Positions 1-9,428 of a DNA stretch of 32,000 nucleotides are shown in pieces. The number at the start of each line of letters is the position of its first letter. Within the stretch, counting starts at the first letter, position 1. The DNA lies in contig CP003263.1 in the NCBI GenBank assembly GCA_000331975.1, positions 120,001 to 152,000 of the forward strand, given 5' to 3'. A program made the position numbers and the translations under genes. The stretch comes from Candidatus Uzinura diaspidicola str. ASNER (GTDB lineage: Bacteria; Bacteroidota; Bacteroidia; Flavobacteriales; Blattabacteriaceae). The notes under the pieces are model-generated. The model did not search any database and was not told the origin of the DNA. It saw only the letters and a program-made list of their open reading frames with translations.

Positions 1-707
1 AAGTATTTACTTCTTCTTATATCGAAGGAGTGGATGTCGCCAAAACAGGCGTTCATCTATCTATTAAAGACTCTAAAAAAAAATCTAAGATAGAAGCAGA
101 TATAGCATTATCTGCAGTAGGTATTACACCTAATATAGAAAATATAGGTTTAGATACAGTAGGAATTACTTTAGAAAAAGGACATATTTTAGTTGATGAT
201 TTTTATCGTACTAATATAGAAGGATATTTTGCAATAGGCGATTTAGTAGATGGTCCAGCTTTAGCACATGTAGCCTCAGCAGAGGCTATTATCTGCGTAG
301 ATAATATAAAAGGACTAAATCCTTCTCCATTAGATTATAAAAATATTCCTAGTTGTATCTATTGTATTCCGGAAATTTCTTCTGTAGGACTTACCGAGGA
401 AAAAGCTATAAAAAAAGGTTATAAAATAAAAGTTGGTAAGTTTATTTTTTCTGCATCAGGAAAAGCTAATGCAAATGGAGAAACAGAAGGCTTTATTAAA
501 GTTATATTCGATGCTAATTACGGTGAATGGCTAGGATGTCACATGATAGGAAAAGGTGTAACTGAAATGATAATGGAAGCAGTAGTAGCACGTAAACTTG
601 AAACTACTGCTCATGATATTATAAATACTATACATCCTCACCCAACTTTAAGTGAAGGTGTAATAGAAGCTATAGCTAACGCTTATGGAAAATGTATTCA
701 TTTATAG
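1..707 (+). CDS. lpdA: Dihydrolipoyl dehydrogenase (E3), C-terminal part; the 5' end lies outside the window
   Basis: The frame stays open from the window edge (VFTSSYIEG precedes the listed GTG at 30). The translation shows E3 C-terminal features: AIGD...GPALAHVASAEA, the dimerisation region, and HPHPTLSE near the end. Confidence 0.9.
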   Translation, partial: VFTSSYIEGVDVAKTGVHLSIKDSKKKSKIEADIALSAVGITPNIENIGLDTVGITLEKGHILVDDFYRTNIEGYFAIGDLVDGPALAHVASAEAIICVDNIKGLNPSPLDYKNIPSCIYCIPEISSVGLTEEKAIKKGYKIKVGKFIFSASGKANANGETEGFIKVIFDANYGEWLGCHMIGKGVTEMIMEAVVARKLETTAHDIINTIHPHPTLSEGVIEAIANAYGKCIHL

Positions 708-734
708 TCTTTACGTGAAATTTTAATCACAACT

Positions 735-1727
735 ATGACTTTTGAAAGTTTTATAGATAAAGTAAATATTTTTTGTAGAAGTGGAGATGGTGGAAATGGT
801 ATAGTACATTTTAGGCGTGAAAAATTTGTTTATAAAGGTGGACCTGATGGAGGCGATGGAGGTGATGGAGGGAGTATTTTTTTACGTGGAGATTCTAATT
901 TAGGTACTTTACTACACTTCAGATATAATAAAAACTATAAAGCTAAAAATGGGTTAACAGGAAAAAGATCGCGAAAAAGGGGGGCTTCAGGAAAAAAACT
1001 TATATTAAATGTTCCAATAGGAACTATTGCTAGAGATCAACAAGGAAACATTTTATGTGAAATTATGCATAATAAACAAGAAAGTCTTGTTTTACCTGGA
1101 GGGAAAGGAGGATTAGGAAATTGGCATTTTAGAAACTCTGTTAAAAGAACCCCTCTTTACGCTCAACCAGGGTTACAGGGAGTAGAACTCTGGATAACTT
1201 TAGAGCTAAAAATATTAGCTGATGTAGGATTGATAGGATTGCCTAATGCAGGAAAGTCTACTTTACTTTCAGTACTTACCTCAGCTAAACCTAAAATTGG
1301 AAATTATGCTTTTACGACTATAACTCCTAAATTAGGTTATGTAAAGTATAAAGAGGAAAAATCTTTTATTATTTCTGATATTCCTGGGATACTAAAAGGA
1401 GCAAGTAAAGGAAAAGGAATCGGATTACGGTTTTTACGACACATAGAACGTAATGTAGTTTTATTATTTTTAATTTCTGCTGAAGAAAAAAATATTCTTT
1501 ATATTTATAAAATTCTTTTACAAGAGCTTTCTTATTATAAATATAATCTTTTAGAGAAAGACCGTTTGTTAGCAATTTCTAAATATGATTTGATTGAAGA
1601 AAATATGAAAAATAACCTTCCATATAATATAGAAATATTATGTGTTTCATCTCATTATTTAAAAGGGTTAAATTACTTAAAAAAGGCGTTATGCTACAAA
1701 CTAAAAATTCTAAAGGTATGTGGATAA
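735..1727 (+). CDS. obg: GTPase Obg/CgtA
   Basis: Obg fold N-terminus (FIDKVNIFCRSGDGGNGIVHFRREKF, GGPDGGDGGDGG), then a G-domain with GLPNAGKST (G1) and DIPG (G3). 330 aa. Confidence 0.93.
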   Translation: MTFESFIDKVNIFCRSGDGGNGIVHFRREKFVYKGGPDGGDGGDGGSIFLRGDSNLGTLLHFRYNKNYKAKNGLTGKRSRKRGASGKKLILNVPIGTIARDQQGNILCEIMHNKQESLVLPGGKGGLGNWHFRNSVKRTPLYAQPGLQGVELWITLELKILADVGLIGLPNAGKSTLLSVLTSAKPKIGNYAFTTITPKLGYVKYKEEKSFIISDIPGILKGASKGKGIGLRFLRHIERNVVLLFLISAEEKNILYIYKILLQELSYYKYNLLEKDRLLAISKYDLIEENMKNNLPYNIEILCVSSHYLKGLNYLKKALCYKLKILKVCG

Positions 1728-1734
1728 GATATTG

Positions 1735-1808
1735 TAACCTGACTGGGAGTCGAACCCAGGACCCTTACATTAAAAGTGTAATGCTCTAACCTACTGAGCT
1801 ACCAGGTC
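1735..1808 (-). tRNA. tRNA-Lys (anticodon UUU)
   Basis: The minus strand reads GACCTGGTAGCTCAGTAGGTTAGAGCATTACACTTTTAATGTAAGGGTCCTGGGTTCGACTCCCAGTCAGGTTA. It folds by hand into a cloverleaf: 7-bp acceptor with G-U pairs, anticodon stem TTACA/TGTAA with loop CTTTTAA, and T-arm CTGGG-TTCGACT-CCCAG. No CCA is encoded. Confidence 0.9.
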
Positions 1809-1815
1809 TTTAGAT

Positions 1816-2367
1816 ATGTATATTATATTAATAGGGTATATGGGTAGTGGTAAGACTACTGTAGGTAGTTTATTATCTTTTTCTTTAGTAAAAAAATTTT
1901 ACGATTTAGATGATATTATTATTACTTGGAAAAACCAAGATATACATAATATCTTCGTTAAAAACGGTGAAAATTATTTTAGAAAAATTGAAACAGATGT
2001 CTTACAGTTTTTAAGAAGTATAAAAAAAAAAATTGTTCTTTCTACAGGAGGAGGAACTCCTTGTTTTAGTAACAATATTTATTTTTTGAATAGGTTAGGA
2101 ATAACCTTTTATTTACATCTTTCTCCAGAAGAAATTTTTAAACGTATCCGTTATCAAAAATATAAACGCCCACTGATTTCATCATTATCAGATGATAAAC
2201 TTCTATATTTTATCCATAAACACATTTCAAATCGTATTAAATATTATAATAAATCAATTTATAAACTAGAAATAGTAAATCGTTTTCCTGAAGAAATTGC
2301 TTTTTCTATTCATAAAAAATTATCTATTATTTACTATAATAATGGAATTATTAAGCCATTTAAGTAA
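1816..2367 (+). CDS. aroK: Shikimate kinase
   Basis: N-terminal P-loop IILIGYMGSGKTTVG, an FxDxD-like motif (FYDLDD), and STGGG. Size is about 180 aa. Confidence 0.85.
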   Translation: MYIILIGYMGSGKTTVGSLLSFSLVKKFYDLDDIIITWKNQDIHNIFVKNGENYFRKIETDVLQFLRSIKKKIVLSTGGGTPCFSNNIYFLNRLGITFYLHLSPEEIFKRIRYQKYKRPLISSLSDDKLLYFIHKHISNRIKYYNKSIYKLEIVNRFPEEIAFSIHKKLSIIYYNNGIIKPFK

Positions 2368-3571
2368 CATTTTACCGTTAAGAATGCATATCTTAATTGC
2401 CGTAAGTGGTGGATTAGATAGTATGGTACTGCTAGAAATTTTAAAATATACCAAATTATATATAAGTGTAGTGCATGCAAATTTTCAACTAAGATATAGT
2501 GACTCAAAGGAAGATGAATGTTTTATTAAAGATTTTTGTAAACATCAAAAAATTCCTTTCTACAATAAAAAGTTTAAAACTAAAACCTATAGTATAGAAA
2601 AAAAAAAATCTATACAAATGGCTGCAAGGAGTTTACGTTATGGTTGGTTTTTTAGAATTTTAAAAGATATAGACGCAAGTTATATAGTTTTAGGACATCA
2701 TTTAGATGATACAATAGAAACTTTTTTTATGAATTTATTTCGTTCTTCTAATTTAAAAGGATTAGTAAGTATCCCAGAAATTTCTAAATTTTTATTGCGA
2801 CCTTTATTGCCATTCACTAAAACAAAAATATTGCAATTTGCTAATATTAATAATATTTGGTGGAGAGAAGATATAAGTAATCAAGATTTTAAATATTTAC
2901 GAAATACTATTCGTAATGATCTTATAACTAATTATTATGATAGAAATTCTAAAACTCTTTTCTTCTTAAGAAGAGATTACATACTTATACAGCAGTCAAT
3001 CAGTATTATATTTAAAATAATAACTATAATTTTTGTGAATTATACTTTTTATTGGGAACTAAATACAAGTAAATTAAAAAAAATAAAACCACTTAATGGT
3101 TATTTATATAGATTGTTTTCTCCTTATGGTTTCTGTAATCTTCTTGATATAGAGAGATTTTTACATACTTCAACTGGAAAACATATCTATTCTAAAAGAT
3201 ATAGATTACTACACTATAGAAGACGTTTGGTCTTTAATTATCAACAGGAAAGGCATAAAAGATATCCTTTTAAATTTCATCTTGAAGTTAATGATTTTAT
3301 GGATCATAAGGCTCTGATTTCTATAGATTTTTCTATAATATCTTGGCCTATTTCCTTAAGAAATTGGAAAAAAGGAGATCTTTTTTTTACTTCTTTAAGA
3401 AAAAAAAAAATAAGTAAACTCCTTAAAGAGTATAAATTAAGTATATTTGAAAAAGAAGAAATTTTCATTCTTATGAATGCTGATAAGAAAATTATTTGTA
3501 CCATTAATATGGTTATAAATTTTTTATTTAAAATTACATTAAAAACTAATATGATATTAAACATATTTTAA
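2342..3571 (+). CDS. tilS: tRNA(Ile)-lysidine synthetase
   Basis: PP-loop motif ILIAVSGGLDSMVL followed by LGHHLDD. I moved the start to ATG 2342 (MELLSH...), which sits about 20 aa before SGGLDS as is usual. ATG 2384 is an alternative that avoids the 26-nt overlap with aroK. The 2297 start in the ORF track is probably an artefactual extension. Confidence 0.85.
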   Translation: MELLSHLSNILPLRMHILIAVSGGLDSMVLLEILKYTKLYISVVHANFQLRYSDSKEDECFIKDFCKHQKIPFYNKKFKTKTYSIEKKKSIQMAARSLRYGWFFRILKDIDASYIVLGHHLDDTIETFFMNLFRSSNLKGLVSIPEISKFLLRPLLPFTKTKILQFANINNIWWREDISNQDFKYLRNTIRNDLITNYYDRNSKTLFFLRRDYILIQQSISIIFKIITIIFVNYTFYWELNTSKLKKIKPLNGYLYRLFSPYGFCNLLDIERFLHTSTGKHIYSKRYRLLHYRRRLVFNYQQERHKRYPFKFHLEVNDFMDHKALISIDFSIISWPISLRNWKKGDLFFTSLRKKKISKLLKEYKLSIFEKEEIFILMNADKKIICTINMVINFLFKITLKTNMILNIF

Positions 3572-3643
3572 AGGGAAATAAATGATATGAAGGACACAAT
3601 ATTTTTTTATATATTTTATTTGTTTTTTACAATAACTTAAAAA

Positions 3644-4639
3644 ATGAAAGAAATAACAAAGAATACCTATTTTAAATGGTATTATAATATGTTTTATTGG
3701 AGAAGATTCGAAGAAAAGTGTCGTTCTTTGTATATTAAACAAAAAATTAGAGGATTTTTACATCTATATTCTGGACAAGAAGCTATTCCTGCCGGATTAG
3801 CTCATGTAATGGATATGAACAAAGATAGTATGATAACTGGATATCGTTGCCATATATTACCTATGGCTATTGGAGTAGATCCTAAAAAAATAATGGCTGA
3901 ATTATATGGAAAAAATACAGGTACTTCTTGTGGAATGGGTGGTTCTATGCATATATTTAGTAAAGAACATCGATTTTATGGAGGGCATGGAATTGTGGGA
4001 GGGCAAATCCCTTTGGGATCTGGGATTGCTTTCGCAGATAAATATTTTGATAGGAATGCAGTAACTATTACTTTAATGGGAGATGGTGCAGTTCGTCAAG
4101 GGGCCCTACATGAAAGCTTTAATTTAGCTATTCTTTGGAAACTTCCAGTAATTTTTATGTGCGAAAATAATCTATATGCTATGGGTACCTCTGTGGTAAG
4201 AACTACAAATTTGACAGATATCTATAAAATAGGTAGTTCTTATGATATTCCATCTAGACCTGTTGACGGTATGAATCCAATAAAAATAGCTGAAGCTGCA
4301 GATGAAGCTTTGGAGCGAGCAAGGAATGGAAAAGGTCCAACGTTTTTAGAACTAAAAACATATAGATTTAGAGGTCATTCTATGTCAGATGCTGAACCTT
4401 ATCGAAATAAAGAAGAAATAGAAAAATATAAAAAAAATGATCCTATTTTATTTGTAAAAAAACATTTATTAAATAATAATTGGGCCAATGAAGAAACATT
4501 TAAAGTAATAGAAGAAGAAGTTAAAAATAGTATAGAGGAATGTGTAGAATATGCAGAAAAATCAGATTTTCCCCCAATAGAAAATATGTATAATATGGTC
4601 TATGACACGGCCCTTTACCCCTTTTGGGAAAGAAGATAA
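3644..4639 (+). CDS. pdhA: Pyruvate dehydrogenase E1 component, alpha subunit
   Basis: RRFEEK...IRGFLHLYSGQEA, the ThDP-binding region GDGAVRQGALHESFN, and RFRGHSMSD. 331 aa. Confidence 0.93.
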   Translation: MKEITKNTYFKWYYNMFYWRRFEEKCRSLYIKQKIRGFLHLYSGQEAIPAGLAHVMDMNKDSMITGYRCHILPMAIGVDPKKIMAELYGKNTGTSCGMGGSMHIFSKEHRFYGGHGIVGGQIPLGSGIAFADKYFDRNAVTITLMGDGAVRQGALHESFNLAILWKLPVIFMCENNLYAMGTSVVRTTNLTDIYKIGSSYDIPSRPVDGMNPIKIAEAADEALERARNGKGPTFLELKTYRFRGHSMSDAEPYRNKEEIEKYKKNDPILFVKKHLLNNNWANEETFKVIEEEVKNSIEECVEYAEKSDFPPIENMYNMVYDTALYPFWERR

Positions 4640-4659
4640 AACAATTTATTTTTATTAAA

Positions 4660-5883
4660 ATGGCAGAATTTATAACTATGCCCCGATTAAGCGATACAAT
4701 GGAAGAGGGGATTATAATAAAATGGCATAAAAAAGTTGGTGAAAAGATTTCAGAAGGAGATTTATTAGCTGAAATAGAAACTGACAAAGCAATTCAAGAA
4801 TTTGAATCAGAATTTAATGGCTATATACAATATATAGGAATACCAGAAGGTAAAAGTGCAAAAGTAGATAGTTTACTAGCAATTATAGGAGAAAGTACAG
4901 AGACAAAAATAGATATAAATAATATACTTTCTCTATATAAAACTAAGAATAAAACTAAGAATGAAACTAAGAATGAAACTAAGAATGAAACTAAGAATGA
5001 AACTAAGAATGAAACTAAGAATGAAACTAAGAATGAAAGATTTTTAGTTTCTCCATTAGCAAAAATAATGGCAAAACAAAAGTCAATTTCTTTAGAAGAT
5101 ATTAAAGGAAGTGGAACAAATGGACGAATTATAAAAAGAGATATAGAAAAATATCAAATAGATATTTCTAAAAATATTAATGCTTCTACTACTCATTTAA
5201 CTGCAAATGCAGTTATTAACTCTTCAATAAGAAAAATAATTGCCAAAAGGCTAGCAGAATCTAAGTTTACTGCTCCTCACTATTACTTGATGATGGATAT
5301 TGATATGAAAAATTCTATTAAATCTAGGTCAATCATCAATAAAAATTTAAAAGAAGAAGAAAAAATATCTTTTAATGATTTTATTATTAAAGCGGCTGCT
5401 TTATCCTTAAAAGACAATCCTCAAATAAATTCTTCATGGAAAAATGATAAAACTATTTATCATAGTAATATTCATATTGGAATAGCTATAGCGGTAGAAG
5501 AAGGTTTACTTGTCCCTGTAATTCTTCATGCAGATAAAAAAACCCTTCTACAAATTTCTTTAGAAGTTAAAGAAAAAGCTAGAAAAGCTAGAACCCGTAA
5601 GATTTCTCAAGAAGAAATGGAAGGAAGTACTTTTACAATTTCTAATTTAGGTATGTTTGGTATAGAAAGTTTTACCTCTATTATCAATCAACCAAATTCT
5701 TGTATTCTTTCTGTTGGTGCAATTTTGGAAAAACCTATTATAAACAATGGTTTAGTTGTTCCAGGAAATATTATGAAAATAAGTTTAGCTTGTGATCATC
5801 GTGTAGTAGATGGAGCTATTGGAAGTAGCTTCTTACAGAGTATTAAAAAATATTTAGAAGATCCAATTCTTATGATAATTTAA
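4660..5883 (+). CDS. pdhC: Dihydrolipoamide acetyltransferase (E2) of the pyruvate dehydrogenase complex
   Basis: Lipoyl domain ([11 protein letters not shown]...ETDKA), peripheral-subunit-binding domain ([27 protein letters not shown]), and catalytic domain with DHRVVDG. I moved the start to ATG 4660 ([10 protein letters not shown]). Confidence 0.9.
   Translation: MAEFITMPRLSDTMEEGIIIKWHKKVGEKISEGDLLAEIETDKAIQEFESEFNGYIQYIGIPEGKSAKVDSLLAIIGESTETKIDINNILSLYKTKNKTKNETKNETKNETKNETKNETKNETKNERFLVSPLAKIMAKQKSISLEDIKGSGTNGRIIKRDIEKYQIDISKNINASTTHLTANAVINSSIRKIIAKRLAESKFTAPHYYLMMDIDMKNSIKSRSIINKNLKEEEKISFNDFIIKAAALSLKDNPQINSSWKNDKTIYHSNIHIGIAIAVEEGLLVPVILHADKKTLLQISLEVKEKARKARTRKISQEEMEGSTFTISNLGMFGIESFTSIINQPNSCILSVGAILEKPIINNGLVVPGNIMKISLACDHRVVDGAIGSSFLQSIKKYLEDPILMII
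4939..5034 (+). repeat. In-frame 12-bp tandem repeat, 8 copies (2 x AAAACTAAGAAT, then 6 perfect GAAACTAAGAAT), encoding KTKN-KTKN-(ETKN)x6 in the E2 inter-domain linker
   Basis: Read directly from the sequence. The period is 12 and the copies run head to tail from 4939 to 5034, with a partial GAAA following. Confidence 0.96.
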
Positions 5884-8315
5884 AATATCTTAATTGTTTC
5901 AACAGCAGCAATCGTATCTCCTTTTTTTAAATTTATCAATTTAACTCCTTGTGTAGCTCGCCCCATAATTCGTAGCTCTGAGACAGATAATCTAATGGTA
6001 TAACCAGATTTATTAATTATGATTATATCATTGGTCTCTGTTACATTTTTAATAGCAATTAAATTTCCTGTTTTTCTAGTAATATTAAAGGTTTTCACTC
6101 CTTTACAATATCTATTAGTTACTCTATAATCATCTAACAAAGATCTTTTTCCATATCCTTTTTCTGAAACTACTAAAATATCCTCTTTTATTTCTTTTTC
6201 TATGCATACCATTCCTATAACTTTATCATTTTTTTCTATAAGGTTTATTCCTACTACTCCAATAGCAGTTCGTCCCATTGAACGAACTTTATCTTCTGAA
6301 AATCTAATGGCTTTACCACTTTTAATAGCTAAAATAATTTCACATTGTCCGTTAGTTAGTTTAGCTTCTAGCAGCTTATCTCCTTCACGAATAGAAATTG
6401 CCTTTATTCCATGTATTCTCGGCTTAGAATACTGTCCTAAAGGCGTTTTTTTTATATTTCCATTCTCTGTTACCATTACAACATAATGTTTTTTCACATA
6501 TTTAGAATCCTTAAAATTACCTAGAATAATATATGCTTGTACTTTATCTTCTGGTAGAATTTGAATCAAGTTCTGTATAAATCTTCCCTTAGATTTTTTA
6601 GATCTTTCAGGAACCTCATAAACACGCTTACAATAACATTTACCTTTTTTTGTAAAAAGAAGCATATATTGATGGTTTGATGCTACGAGTATATGTTCTA
6701 GAAAATCTTCATTTTTTGTGCTAGCTCCTCTATTTCCTATACCCCCTCTCAATTGTCTTTTATATTCTGAAAGAGGAGTACGTTTTATATATCCCTTATT
6801 AGAGATAGTTAATACCATCTGTTCATCGTAAATTAAATCTTCTATAGTTACTTCTTTACCAAAAGATTCAATTAATGTCCTGCGAGGATCTGAATATTTA
6901 TTCTTAATTTCTAGTAATTCATTTTTTATTATTTTCATACTAAGTTGCTTGTGTTCAAGAATTTCTTGATTTTTTTTTATAGACTTAGAAAGTTCATCAA
7001 CCTCATATTTGATTTTTTCATGTTCCAATCCTGTTAAACGTTGTAGACGTATATCTAAAATAGCACGAGTCTGTCTTTCAGACAATTTAAATTTTTTTCC
7101 AAGTTCTTCACAGGCTTTATCAGGTGTTTTAGAAGTTTTAATATGAGTAATTACTATATCTAAATTATCTAATGCCACCAATAATCCATCCAAAAGATGA
7201 CACCGATCTTTTGCTTTTTGCAACTCAAATTGAGTCCTACGAATAACAATCTCATGCCTATGAGAGACAAAATATTTAATTAACTTTTTTAAGTTAAGCT
7301 GTAGGGGTTGTCCATTTACTAATGCGATATTATTGATGTTAAATGATGTTTGTAACATTGTTTTTTTAAACAAATTATTAAGTATAATATTTGGCGAGGC
7401 ATCTTGTTTTAAGTTGAAAACAATACGAATTCCTTTTCGATTAGATTCATCACGAATATTTAAAATTCCTTCTAATCTACCTTCTTTAACTAATTCGGAA
7501 GTTTTAGAAATCATTTCTGCCTTATTAACTTGATAAGGGATTTCATCTACAATAATACAATTTCTTTTGTTTATTTCTTCTAATCTAACTTTAGCACGTA
7601 AAATTATTCTGCCTTTTCCAGTTCTAAAAGCTTCCTGTATTCCTTCTATTCCATAAATAATTCCCCCAGTAGGAAAATCAGGAGCTTTTATATATTTAAT
7701 AAAATCATCAACATTAATTTCAGGATTATCAATATAAGCACAAATAGCGTCTATGCACTCACATAAATTATGAGGAGCCATATTAGTTGCCATACCAACT
7801 GCAATTCCCGAAGAACCATTCATTAAAAGGTTTGGAATGCGAGTAGGAAGAACAGTAGGTTCTTCTAAGGAATCGTCAAAATTAAATTGAGTTTTGACAG
7901 TTTTTTTATCAAGCTCAGTGAGCATTTCTTCAGAGATTTTTTGCAAACGCACTTCTGTATATCTCATTGCAGCTGGAGAATCACCATCTACAGAACCAAA
8001 ATTACCTTGTCCATCTATCAATAAATAACGTAAAGACCATGCTTGTGCCATTCTTACCATAGTTTCATAAACAGAAATATCGCCATGAGGATGATACTTA
8101 GCAAGAACTTCACCAACGACCCTAGCAGATTTTTTATATGGTCTATTGAATATCATACCAAGTTCATACATACTAAAAAGCACACGTCGATGCACAGGTT
8201 TTAATCCATCTCTAACGTCAGGTAAGGCTCTTGAAACTATAACAGACATAGAATAGTCTATGTAGGATGTTTTTATTTCATTTTCAATATTAATCGGTAT
8301 AAGGTTTTCAGACAT
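5880..8315 (-). CDS. gyrA: DNA gyrase subunit A (the portion from the internal ATG at 8315; no stop codon separates it from the aroB frame upstream)
   Basis: From M360 of the 1170-aa ORF: [54 protein letters not shown], and QGNFGS..D.AAMRYTE with the active-site Tyr context. C-terminal beta-pinwheel repeats follow. 811 aa, a normal GyrA length. Confidence 0.95.
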   Translation of the reverse strand: MSENLIPINIENEIKTSYIDYSMSVIVSRALPDVRDGLKPVHRRVLFSMYELGMIFNRPYKKSARVVGEVLAKYHPHGDISVYETMVRMAQAWSLRYLLIDGQGNFGSVDGDSPAAMRYTEVRLQKISEEMLTELDKKTVKTQFNFDDSLEEPTVLPTRIPNLLMNGSSGIAVGMATNMAPHNLCECIDAICAYIDNPEINVDDFIKYIKAPDFPTGGIIYGIEGIQEAFRTGKGRIILRAKVRLEEINKRNCIIVDEIPYQVNKAEMISKTSELVKEGRLEGILNIRDESNRKGIRIVFNLKQDASPNIILNNLFKKTMLQTSFNINNIALVNGQPLQLNLKKLIKYFVSHRHEIVIRRTQFELQKAKDRCHLLDGLLVALDNLDIVITHIKTSKTPDKACEELGKKFKLSERQTRAILDIRLQRLTGLEHEKIKYEVDELSKSIKKNQEILEHKQLSMKIIKNELLEIKNKYSDPRRTLIESFGKEVTIEDLIYDEQMVLTISNKGYIKRTPLSEYKRQLRGGIGNRGASTKNEDFLEHILVASNHQYMLLFTKKGKCYCKRVYEVPERSKKSKGRFIQNLIQILPEDKVQAYIILGNFKDSKYVKKHYVVMVTENGNIKKTPLGQYSKPRIHGIKAISIREGDKLLEAKLTNGQCEIILAIKSGKAIRFSEDKVRSMGRTAIGVVGINLIEKNDKVIGMVCIEKEIKEDILVVSEKGYGKRSLLDDYRVTNRYCKGVKTFNITRKTGNLIAIKNVTETNDIIIINKSGYTIRLSVSELRIMGRATQGVKLINLKKGDTIAAVETIKIF

Positions 8316-9392
8316 ATTAAAATTTAATTTTTTTATTAAGAGAAGTGCATTTTTAATGTTTTCCATAGAAATTTTATGATCAAAACTACAGTTACCAATT
8401 AATTTTAATAAGGAAAATCTTATGTATCCTTTTATATTTTTCTTATCATGTTGTATATGATTAATAATTTTTTGTATTACAAAAGTTTTAATGATGGGAA
8501 AACTATAACTATCTAAAATAGTATTTTTAATATCTTCGTATTGCGATATAGGAAACTTATTAAAAAGGTAAGAAATCCATGATTCACAAATAATTCCTAT
8601 TGCTATAGCTTCTCCATGTAAAAAAGTAAAATTCTCTATGAGAAAAGAACTCTCTATTCCATGTCCTATTGAATGACCAAAATTAAGGATTTTTCGTAAT
8701 CCTTTTATTTCATAAGGATCTTTTTTAACAATATTTTGTTTTATAGTTATAGATGCAAAAATTTCTGCATTCCAGATATATTTTTTTTCTATAAATTTAT
8801 TTTTAAGTTTTATCCATAGATTTTTATCGTAAATCAACCCATGTTTTAAAATTTCTGCTTTACCTGAAATTATTTCTCTATAACATAAGGTTTTCAAATA
8901 ATGAAAATCTATAATAATAATTATAGGAAAACTAAATACTCCAATTTCATTTTTAATATGATCTAAGTCTATTCCAGTTTTTCCTCCAATAGAGGCATCT
9001 ACCATAGACAACAAAGTAGTCGGAATATGAATAAAATCAAAGCCTCTCTTATAAATAGAAGCAGAAAATCCTCCTATATCATTAATAACTCCTCCTCCTA
9101 AATTTATAAGAAGGCTATTTCTATCAGCTCTACATGCTGATAGAGATCTCCAAATATAGAGAGAACTTTCTATATTTTTAACTTTTTCTCCAGGAGAAAT
9201 ACATATAACTTGAGATTTTCTTAAAAAAGAAACTTTATTTTGTAAATGTTTTAAACAGAATTTATATGTATTTATGTCACATAAAATAAATAATTTTGAT
9301 CTATTATTTTTAGATAGATATTTTTTAAATTTTTTGTATGATGTTTTTCCAAAAAAAATAGGATAATTTGTTGTTGATATTATTTTTTTCAC
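8316..9392 (-). CDS. aroB: 3-dehydroquinate synthase, full length but lacking its own stop codon; it reads directly into gyrA
   Basis: The first 359 codons of the 1170-aa ORF carry [34 protein letters not shown] and HGEAIAIG, which match the nucleotide and metal binding motifs of AroB. Length matches free-standing AroB (about 360 aa). The last codons K-L-N-F-N are followed at once by the gyrA ATG. Confidence 0.88.
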
Positions 9393-9428
9393 TAAGCTAA
9401 AATAGACATTTTTATAAAATAGTATGCA

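Noticed and set aside
1369-4787. Minus-strand ORFs 1369-1575, 3304-3564, 3557-3742 and 4521-4787
   Set aside because: They lie antisense to obg, tilS, the tilS-pdhA spacer and the pdhA/pdhC junction. Their translations are hydrophobic and low-complexity, with no support as genes.
6202-7533. Plus-strand ORFs 6202-6486 and 7333-7533
   Set aside because: They are shadow ORFs antisense to gyrA and carry no motifs.
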